Below are positions 56,610-64,000 of a DNA stretch of 64,000 nt, one piece after another. Made by a program: the position numbers and the translations under genes. Source of the stretch: a virus. The stretch is from IMG/VR virus record IMGVR_UViG_3300028559_000015, positions 25,905 to 89,904 of that record. One strand, written 5' to 3'. The notes below the pieces were generated by a model, which worked only from the letters and a program-made list of their open reading frames with translations, searched no databases and was not told the origin of the DNA. Position 1 is the stretch's first letter, and every line of letters begins with the position of its first letter.

Positions 56610-57362
56610 ATGTCATCACCAATCATCTTAGGACCAGGAATACAAATAGGAGCTGGAATCACGCTGGTAGCAGCACCGCCTCCTCCACCGCCCCCCGCGG
56701 AAGAAGGTAGTCTACTTTTCAACCGTACTAACTATCTCTCTATTCCCAATAATTCAGCATTTGATCAGAACGCCGGTGCTTGGACAGTAGAATGTTTTGC
56801 ATATCCAACTAGTGTCGTCGACTTCGGCGCAACCTATGGGATTTACAATCAAGATTCTATCTCTAGATTTTTGGGAATGTTTTACAGCGGTAGTAGATTT
56901 GGAATTGCACAGAGTAGCGGTGGATTCCTACAGACTTCTGCTTCCTTTTCTCTAAACAACTGGTACCACGTAGCTATGGTCTACAACGGATCCAATGCGG
57001 TAACTTTATATGTTAACGGGAATAGTGCAGTAACTGGAAACCCCGGGGCGATGGCCGCATCTGGAGCAGCTACTTTAATTGGTAGCTTTACCGTTGGAGA
57101 CAATGCCTCACGCTTCAAGGGTAACCTATCAAACTTACGTGTGGTTAAGGGCGTTGCAGTTTATACTGGTAATTTCACAGTACCGACAGCACCGTTAACG
57201 GTTACTCAAAGTAGTGGTACAAATATTTCAGCAATCACTCCAGGACAGACTCAACTGTTATTGAACACCGCTTCTCCCGATTACTTCTTAGATGCGTCAA
57301 CGAATGCGTTTACTGTTACCAATGTTAATTCTGTAGCAACAAGCACTGACAATCCATTCTAA
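56610..57362 (+). CDS. LamG/concanavalin-like lectin virion protein
   Basis: WTVEC, WYHVAMV, LYVNG, FKGNLSNLRVVKG; poly-Pro linker. Confidence 0.8.
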   Translation: MSSPIILGPGIQIGAGITLVAAPPPPPPPAEEGSLLFNRTNYLSIPNNSAFDQNAGAWTVECFAYPTSVVDFGATYGIYNQDSISRFLGMFYSGSRFGIAQSSGGFLQTSASFSLNNWYHVAMVYNGSNAVTLYVNGNSAVTGNPGAMAASGAATLIGSFTVGDNASRFKGNLSNLRVVKGVAVYTGNFTVPTAPLTVTQSSGTNISAITPGQTQLLLNTASPDYFLDASTNAFTVTNVNSVATSTDNPF

Positions 57363-57377
57363 AGAGGAAGAAATATC

Positions 57378-58130
57378 ATGTCATTAACAGTAGGACTAGG
57401 AATTAACATAGGCGGCGGCATTTCAATTGGTGCTACACCAATTGTACAGTCAGGACTACAACTATATCTAGACGCTGCTGCTGTGGCCAGTTACCCAGGA
57501 TCGGGCACAACCTGGTATGACCTAAGCGGCAATGGCAATGATGTTTCAATGCAAAACTCGGGTGATATCTCTTATACCAGTTCAGGTGGTGGTTATTTCA
57601 CAACTGGAGCCACCGGCTACTTTAGCAAAACTTCCGGCACAAACATACCAACCGGCGGCACTCCGTACACAGTCAGTACATGGGTACAATTTCCCACAGA
57701 CTGGCCCGGCGGCGATACCAATCATACCATAGCACAGATAGGCAGCGTACCTACTTACGATGGCTTAAATACTTTCGTAGCAACCAACACTGGTTATTTG
57801 GCTGTTGGGTGGTTTAATAACCCCGGAGAACCCGAACCACTGATTAGCAATTCTTGGACACCTAGTAGTCCGACTACTAACTGGATGAATGTGGTGAGTC
57901 AGTGGGACGGCGCCACTCGCAACATTTGGTACAACGGTGTGCTACAGGCCACAGACTCGATAGGAACATATCTAGGCAACAATGCAGACATCCTGATTGG
58001 CTTGGACTTTTCAGGATTTGGAAATTATCTACGAGGCAACATAGGCCAGGTGCTGATCTACAATCGTGCATTGAGTCCTTCAGAGTTGAATCAAAACTTC
58101 ACAATCACTAGATCACGCTACGGAGTATAA
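57378..58130 (+). CDS. LamG/concanavalin-like lectin virion protein
   Basis: GLQLYLDA..SYPGSGTTWYDLSGNGN...IYNRALS. Confidence 0.82.
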   Translation: MSLTVGLGINIGGGISIGATPIVQSGLQLYLDAAAVASYPGSGTTWYDLSGNGNDVSMQNSGDISYTSSGGGYFTTGATGYFSKTSGTNIPTGGTPYTVSTWVQFPTDWPGGDTNHTIAQIGSVPTYDGLNTFVATNTGYLAVGWFNNPGEPEPLISNSWTPSSPTTNWMNVVSQWDGATRNIWYNGVLQATDSIGTYLGNNADILIGLDFSGFGNYLRGNIGQVLIYNRALSPSELNQNFTITRSRYGV

Positions 58131-58131
58131 T

Positions 58132-59001
58132 ATGGCAACCCCAATACAAATCGGAGCAGGCATGAAATACCCATTCGCTGTGGTCGACGAGACACAAGAT
58201 CCAGGACTACATCGTATTCCCATCGTGCTTAAGCCGGCTAAATTACCGATTGACATTGATAAATTTCATTGGGTTCGTGACAAGCCTGACAGTAGAGATT
58301 ACCTCTATCGACCAACCACTGCCAAAACACCGTCTACCGTTGATTTGAGAGAATTTGCAACACCCGTAGAAGATCAGGGTAGCTTGGGTAGCTGCACGGG
58401 ACAGGCTGTTGCCAGCGCGATTGAATTGATCAACAAGAAAAACAAAATCGTGAACGAAGTTAGCAGGTTGTTCATCTACTACTACGAACGCCTGCTGATT
58501 GGCACTGTCCACTACGATAGCGGGGCATACATCAGAGATGGAATCAAAGCTACAAACCGATGGGGCGCACCATTAGAAAACTTATGGCCCTATAACATAT
58601 CCAAGTTTAGGTCAGCTCCTTCTCGTCCTGCTGTCATGGATGCGTCAAAGCGCAAGGTCACGCGGTATGAACGTGCTGCTAACTTCAACGCCTGCATTGA
58701 TGCACTATCGAACGGGTATCCGGTTATTGTCGGATTCACTGTTTACAGCAGCTTCATGAGCGGCAACTGGTCGCGTACTACTGCTGTCATGCCCTATCCT
58801 AATACCCGCTCGGAGAGAGTCCTAGGGGGTCACGCGGTGCTTCTAGTAGGATACAACAATTCTACTCAACACTTCATTGTCAAAAATAGCTGGGGAACCA
58901 ATTGGGGCGATAGAGGATACTTCTATATGCCGTATCAGGTAATACAGAACACTAGAATGAGCGCAGATTTTTGGGTTATCAAAGGTGTAAATAACCCGTA
59001 A
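58132..59001 (+). CDS. Papain-family (C1A) cysteine peptidase
   Basis: DQGSLGSC, GGHAV, KNSWG. Confidence 0.9.
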   Translation: MATPIQIGAGMKYPFAVVDETQDPGLHRIPIVLKPAKLPIDIDKFHWVRDKPDSRDYLYRPTTAKTPSTVDLREFATPVEDQGSLGSCTGQAVASAIELINKKNKIVNEVSRLFIYYYERLLIGTVHYDSGAYIRDGIKATNRWGAPLENLWPYNISKFRSAPSRPAVMDASKRKVTRYERAANFNACIDALSNGYPVIVGFTVYSSFMSGNWSRTTAVMPYPNTRSERVLGGHAVLLVGYNNSTQHFIVKNSWGTNWGDRGYFYMPYQVIQNTRMSADFWVIKGVNNP

Positions 59002-59068
59002 AGGCCACGAATGGAACTTCCTTAGCGATCTTTCGTGAGCGAATTCTTCAATGAATTCATCTTCTTAG

Positions 59069-60427
59069 CTAGTTCTTAGCGATCTTCTTAGCGATAACAG
59101 AAAACAGAGGGCCCGTCACGTATCTATTAAGGGATTGATTCATCATCCCGTTTTGCATCTCTTTGATCATGTCGGGTGTCAGGTTCCTAGCTCTCCAACC
59201 GTTTTTAAGCAGTAGATGAACTTCTACAGGGTCGTCACCTTCTAGTTTTTGAATGGCTAGCATACGGTTGCGTCCTTCGTGCCCGGAGATGCTAGCGGGA
59301 TGAGTAAAGTCATCTTCTTCCCAGTCAGCAGGGATTTTGACATCTAGAAAAGGTGCGCCCAATGCTCCGCCATTTTTCAGGTGTTGCACGATATACTCTA
59401 CGCTTCTAGGTTCATTAAGTGGTAAAGCTAGATTCAAGAATGTGCTAGGCTTCATCAGAACACGCAAGCCAAAATAATCAACATTTTGATTATAAGGAAC
59501 TGAACCCAAACCTTCTACGTTGTCTACTTTGTACTCTGACAAGTTTTCCGATAATGTGTAAAATAGGTGATTGCCAACAGTTGCTACATGATCAAGATTG
59601 GCATTCCATGCCGGATCGACATCTGTAGTATGATAGTACACTGCACCGTTAGTAGGATCGGACGCTCTACCAGCTATGATCTTTCTTGCAAGGTCTTTAG
59701 CTAACAACCAAGCTTCGTAATCCATGTAATCCCCGGAATTTTTAAACTCAGCAAACCATTCATCAAAGGGAGTGCCATCTGGAGATTGTCTAAGATTAAT
59801 CAGTCTATCATACTGCAACATTTCTTTAATACGATCTCTATTAGGATCACCCTCATTCCAGCAACTGAACTGCTTTGGTTTGAGCGCGACACCGCGAATG
59901 CCATAACCAAACCTTTTCATATTTGCTTCGGCGCGGTTCTTGATGACGTTCCCTATAGCTAGCATCCCGATAGCGCCATGACTGCGAGCTTCACCCCACA
60001 TGGTCTGTGCTAATATGCTTACGTCAGGGTTTTCAGCGGGAGCAACAGTAGAAGCTACTGCCGGCTTAGGTCTAACTTCGGGAGCAGTCTTAGGTTGCAT
60101 CGTGTTCGGTCCGCCGGCAGCCAAAGCACCGGCGACACCGATAGCACCTAATGTTTTCTTCCAGTCTTCTTCTAATACTGATTCTTTCAATGCCTGCTTG
60201 AGGAAGTATGAGTCGATGGCGACGGTATCCCCGACTTTTACTGCTGTCTTCCTTCCAGGAATTACTTCAGCAGCAACGATCTTTATCTTGTATTTCCCTT
60301 TAGGAGAAACATCAAGTATCTTACCGTTGAGAACAGAATAATCTGGATAGTTCTTAGTGAGGGTGAGATCAAGCACTCTACCCACTTCTACGGACCTGTA
60401 TTCAGTTATAAATTCAAATGATCTCAT
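59069..60427 (-). CDS. Polyprotein-like: SleB/Hydrolase_2 cell-wall hydrolase plus ParB/Srx-like domain
   Basis: MRSFEFITE; WGEAR, NVIKNR, QFSCWN, YYHT, GNHLFY; then GHEGRNR; linkers VLEE and LSENLSE. Confidence 0.75.
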   Translation of the reverse strand: MRSFEFITEYRSVEVGRVLDLTLTKNYPDYSVLNGKILDVSPKGKYKIKIVAAEVIPGRKTAVKVGDTVAIDSYFLKQALKESVLEEDWKKTLGAIGVAGALAAGGPNTMQPKTAPEVRPKPAVASTVAPAENPDVSILAQTMWGEARSHGAIGMLAIGNVIKNRAEANMKRFGYGIRGVALKPKQFSCWNEGDPNRDRIKEMLQYDRLINLRQSPDGTPFDEWFAEFKNSGDYMDYEAWLLAKDLARKIIAGRASDPTNGAVYYHTTDVDPAWNANLDHVATVGNHLFYTLSENLSEYKVDNVEGLGSVPYNQNVDYFGLRVLMKPSTFLNLALPLNEPRSVEYIVQHLKNGGALGAPFLDVKIPADWEEDDFTHPASISGHEGRNRMLAIQKLEGDDPVEVHLLLKNGWRARNLTPDMIKEMQNGMMNQSLNRYVTGPLFSVIAKKIAKN

Positions 60428-60431
60428 AATT

Positions 60432-61796
60432 TCACCATCTTCTCGGCCGAGATATCGACCGACTGGCCGTCCAAGTACCACCGTCTCTTTTCATGCTGAT
60501 GTTTCTCTTAACAAAGTCTGCCATTCCACCATCGTTCTCTCGTCTTGGAGGAAATTCCTTCTCTATGTTTGCAGCAATAACATCTGTTAGATCAGCAATA
60601 GAGGGTAGCATACTGCTAAAATCTTCAGTATCTACTAAACGGTACAAATGCCTCTGTAAATATTCTGCTGAAGGCCGAATTGCGTCTTGCATTCCAATAC
60701 TAAATCTGCGAGCCTCGTCATTCCACCTTATATAATCGTCACCGGCGTTCTGAACTTTATCCCAATCAATTTCACCGTCATCGTCGCCATATTGTTTTTG
60801 CATTTCACCGTAGTAATAATCGTCATTCTGTTCCCATTCAAATATTACTTCCCACATCTTCTCTTGGGCAATCGTTGCGATCTGATCAATGTACGTTTGC
60901 AACACTTCATCAGGTGTGAACTCTATTGATTCTTTTATTTCAGGTTCATTCTTATAAAAGAATTCAAGTAATTCTGGAAATCTTTTAGTCAGTAAATGAT
61001 ATAGAGATATCTCAGAATCATTCTCGTCCATGAATTGACCTGTAGGGAAGTGCAGTTGGTATTTCTCTTTGTCATACTCTGGCTTCTTTGGAATAATAAT
61101 ATACAGCTTACCTTGCCGACTGTAATGATTAAAGTAGTTCTCACCTTTAGTAGCAGCAGTGCACCAGTGTGTTTCAGCACCGTAGCGGCAAGCAGCGGCT
61201 TCATCGTGTGGAACAACGACAAGTACATCACCGTTTTCAAAGACTTTAGATGCTTGACCTTTTTCTTGTACTTTTTTCTCAGTGTTATCTATGGCATCCA
61301 GATCATAGCCCAAACGCATTGTTTCTTCAAAGTCGGTATAAGACTTGAAAACGTTGATGTCATTGTGTTCTGGACTAATCATACGTCTTCTTTTACCAAT
61401 ATCGTAGATGCCCAATATATTTCCACGATTTAAGTCTTCTAACTTGACATCACCGCTGACATACATTCTTGCTAACCAAGGGGTATATATTTTATTTGGA
61501 GTAGGATCTTTTGTTTCGATGACACTCAGCAAGTCTTCTAGAAATCTCGCTCTGACTGCAGGGTCTTTGATGAGGGGGCCGGACTTTTCTCGGTAATCAG
61601 AAGATGAAGCATCTTGATCACCTGGAATAGTTACGGGTCTATCCATCCGAAGACTTATCAGACTGCTTCGCACCTGATCAAGAGGACCCACATCACCGCG
61701 GTCGGCAATTACAGCTTTTTCAGCTTTCTCACTTCCAGAGATTGTCTGAGCGGTTTTCTTACGATCATACTCAAACAGGAATTCCCGGGCCCGCAT
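60432..61796 (-). CDS. CTS-tagged protein with PcfJ-like WC motif
   Basis: MRAREFLFE; VVVP...ACRYG..THWCT...F.HY...KYQLH. Confidence 0.65.
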   Translation of the reverse strand: MRAREFLFEYDRKKTAQTISGSEKAEKAVIADRGDVGPLDQVRSSLISLRMDRPVTIPGDQDASSSDYREKSGPLIKDPAVRARFLEDLLSVIETKDPTPNKIYTPWLARMYVSGDVKLEDLNRGNILGIYDIGKRRRMISPEHNDINVFKSYTDFEETMRLGYDLDAIDNTEKKVQEKGQASKVFENGDVLVVVPHDEAAACRYGAETHWCTAATKGENYFNHYSRQGKLYIIIPKKPEYDKEKYQLHFPTGQFMDENDSEISLYHLLTKRFPELLEFFYKNEPEIKESIEFTPDEVLQTYIDQIATIAQEKMWEVIFEWEQNDDYYYGEMQKQYGDDDGEIDWDKVQNAGDDYIRWNDEARRFSIGMQDAIRPSAEYLQRHLYRLVDTEDFSSMLPSIADLTDVIAANIEKEFPPRRENDGGMADFVKRNISMKRDGGTWTASRSISRPRRW

Positions 61797-61804
61797 GATT
61801 AGAA

Positions 61805-62809
61805 TTATCCTCTATCACGGCCGAATAAATCATCCAACTGTTCCGGAGTAGCATCATCACCCTCTGACTTACTGTTGTATGCAATTGGATAATTACGCTT
61901 GATTCTTTCAATTTCTGCAGGGATGTTCCACCCGCCTCGGGCGATCCCTGCTTGGTCAGATGCGTTCTTTAATTCTTCTGAACGTGACGATAGTGCATCG
62001 GCGATTTTCTTCATCAAGCCAGGAAATAAATCAGCGAATTGTTCTTCACCTACACGATAATCTTGTACAGCATTCTTTAATTGACCAGTTGAAGTGTGCA
62101 TCTGCCACTTGCCGTTATTATCGTTCATGTTATTTTTATCAATAATACTGATGATAGGTCCATCTCTTGAATAGCGTTCGAACCAAGTTAGACCAGTACT
62201 ACTTCCTGTGCAGAACTGCCCTTGTGCACCTTCAGCATTATTAAAGATATAGCAAGAGCCGTAGTTCAACGGAACAATAACATAATATCTGTCATCATCA
62301 ATAAGAACGACTTGCTTGGCATCCTTTTTCATAGCTGCTATCTTTTCAGCATTGGCAATTTTTCTTAATGCTTCACGATACTTTTCTTTACGAACAACAC
62401 CTTGTAGTTGGGTAATAGTTGAGAAACGATTAAAATCTTGATCCGCAGGGTCAAGCAAGTTGCGAACACTCAATGCTTTCCAAGAACCCAAAGCATCCCC
62501 GCCTTCTCCGTTGATGTCTTCGTAGTCGTTAGCGTGATTGACGTATAACTTTGTTAGCCAACTATCAAACTTACCGTCTCTTGACAAGTCTCCGTAGTTA
62601 GTGTTAGCTAGTGTTCTATCGATCAGTTCACTCCATAGCTTGACTACCTCTTCGTCGGTTGGCTTAGGACCCAATCTTGCTAGCGCAGGACCAGGAAAAG
62701 TGTGATCGTGCTTCACGGCGAGTGCCAGCATTTTTGCCATCTTAGGATCTTTGAGAATCTTCTCTCCTGGATTGGCTTCTGATAAGTTAGTTCTTGATAA
62801 TTGTTTCAT
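61805..62809 (-). CDS. Paralog of the adjacent PcfJ-like protein
   Basis: VIVP...SC...QFCT...F.RY...KWQMH. Confidence 0.65.
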   Translation of the reverse strand: MKQLSRTNLSEANPGEKILKDPKMAKMLALAVKHDHTFPGPALARLGPKPTDEEVVKLWSELIDRTLANTNYGDLSRDGKFDSWLTKLYVNHANDYEDINGEGGDALGSWKALSVRNLLDPADQDFNRFSTITQLQGVVRKEKYREALRKIANAEKIAAMKKDAKQVVLIDDDRYYVIVPLNYGSCYIFNNAEGAQGQFCTGSSTGLTWFERYSRDGPIISIIDKNNMNDNNGKWQMHTSTGQLKNAVQDYRVGEEQFADLFPGLMKKIADALSSRSEELKNASDQAGIARGGWNIPAEIERIKRNYPIAYNSKSEGDDATPEQLDDLFGRDRG

Positions 62810-62820
62810 GTCTAGCCTTC

Positions 62821-63846
62821 TTATGGGTGCAGCAATGATTGTTTTAGGAAATTCATAAGAGTAATCAGTTTCTTTTGATCACCGGCTGCGATGTCGGCGA
62901 TCACTTGGCTCACACCACCCATGCTTGTCGGCTGATTTCTACTATATCTGTCTACGCCTAAAGCAAAATTACCTGTTTGTTCTGGATAATAATGACTTGC
63001 TGTCAAATACAATGCAGGTCTTAATCTTTCTTTTATTCTAGAGGGGACATCATTTGGATCGCTGAGTAATTCCTGTTTTACCTGCTGTAAACCATTTAGG
63101 ATTGCTATCTTTTTTGACACTTTATCGTAAGCATCATTTTTTAATGCCATGCCGACGACACCCTTAACATCCGCGATTGATTGCTCTATATATCTCAGGT
63201 AAACAGGACGCAGTTTACGTAATATTACTTCAGTGTTGTGGGCTGAACCTGCATTCGGATCTAGCGTGTTTGGGTTGACGACGACCTCTCTGCGCCCCTT
63301 ACGCAGCGCACGTTTTTTGTCTACCTCTCCTGTTCTATTATCAGAAGCCCCGCGATATGCCTGCCTACCCTGTCCGATCGCACCCCATTGGGCTGTGATT
63401 TTGCCGATTCGTTCTTTGATTTCTTTAAACAAAGTATTAATACTAGCGTCGGAATCTCTTGTTATGCCCTCTTTACTAGACAACATGGCTTCCCATTTAG
63501 AACCATTCCACTTAACTGCACCCATGCCGTCTTGGCCTTGAATGATTACATAGTTGGGTGATCGACTTTTGATATCTGCCCAGGTTACTTTTTCTAGTTT
63601 TTCCCATCTAACATCATGCGGCATAGCAAATTCTTTGTGTACCTTCTGGACGAGTGCATCAGCATATGGACCGCGACGAATGCCGGAAAGGTCAGGGATA
63701 GTTGAATCTTCGTCAAGAATTTCTCTAAGAAGATGGGTTATTGTGTAATGAAGTGCTTCACGAGCAGGATCTTTATCAGCGACCTTTCTAGTCACCGCTG
63801 GCTTGAGGATTTTGATGTTTTCTTTGAATATTTCTGTGCTTCTCAT
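62821..63846 (-). CDS. Hypothetical protein with CTS-like leader
   Basis: Starts MRSTEIFKE. Confidence 0.7.
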   Translation of the reverse strand: MRSTEIFKENIKILKPAVTRKVADKDPAREALHYTITHLLREILDEDSTIPDLSGIRRGPYADALVQKVHKEFAMPHDVRWEKLEKVTWADIKSRSPNYVIIQGQDGMGAVKWNGSKWEAMLSSKEGITRDSDASINTLFKEIKERIGKITAQWGAIGQGRQAYRGASDNRTGEVDKKRALRKGRREVVVNPNTLDPNAGSAHNTEVILRKLRPVYLRYIEQSIADVKGVVGMALKNDAYDKVSKKIAILNGLQQVKQELLSDPNDVPSRIKERLRPALYLTASHYYPEQTGNFALGVDRYSRNQPTSMGGVSQVIADIAAGDQKKLITLMNFLKQSLLHP

Positions 63847-63848
63847 TG

Positions 63849-64000
63849 TTATGCCCTTGCCGTCTTTAGGATGCTTCTAAGCATCCATACTTTTTTAGAA
63901 TATAAGTCTTGTAAATCCGCCATGTAGTTAGCTATCCCTTGCTCTCGGGTTTCAGTAGCAACGTCAAATATAGTTTTCACTAATTCAACCATATCAGATG
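63849..64000 (-). CDS. Dps/ferritin-like protein, C-terminal part (truncated by window)
   Basis: Manual translation ...EQGIANYMADLQDLYSKKVWMLRSILKTARA* resembles Dps helix D. Confidence 0.6.
   Translation of the reverse strand, partial: SDMVELVKTIFDVATETREQGIANYMADLQDLYSKKVWMLRSILKTARA

Noticed and set aside
59036-59098. Short repeats TTCTTAGCGAT
   Set aside because: Four imperfect ~11-nt units without regular spacers at a convergent gene junction; not CRISPR, probably slippage
1-64000. Stop-codon reassignment, canonical tRNA genes, CRISPR array, polymerase intein
   Set aside because: TAA, TAG and TGA all end conserved genes at expected positions; no full cloverleaf, repeat-spacer array or intein motifs seen by eye (tRNAscan not run)

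Overview
This window is 64 kb of a large lytic T4-like (myovirus-type) dsDNA phage genome in standard genetic code, with sigma70-type early promoters and (T/G/C)ATAAATA or CTAAATA late promoters. The host is probably proteobacterial, possibly alphaproteobacterial. From left to right: family-B DNA polymerase and sliding clamp; a 7-deazaguanine DNA-modification cluster (TGT/DpdA-like, DpdL-like, FolE, QueD, QueE, GuaC, purine PRTase) interleaved with two glycosyltransferases, a cytidylyltransferase and a GalE-like epimerase; repair/replication genes (RNase H, ligase, glycosylases); small early genes; a ClpX/Hsp20/ClpS/ClpP proteostasis module; seven free-standing homing-endonuclease-like genes; two endolysins; IF-1; SOD; tail fibre and lectin genes. 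Main unexplained signals: (1) about ten late genes share an N-terminal MRxxEF(I/L)xE-type tag resembling the T4 capsid-targeting sequence, several being enzyme polyproteins (GNAT+kinase, ART+GNAT, cell-wall hydrolase+ParB-like) joined by L/I/V-x-E linkers, which suggests a head-packaged, protease-released effector arsenal; (2) a conserved, covarying ~67-nt two-hairpin element in front of four divergent GIY-YIG genes; (3) a preQ1-I-like pseudoknot riboswitch candidate in front of queD; (4) a ROSE-like thermometer, an AUU start, a dead phosphoesterase paralog and a tRNA-like RNA. All protein calls come from motif recognition by eye; no database searches were run.
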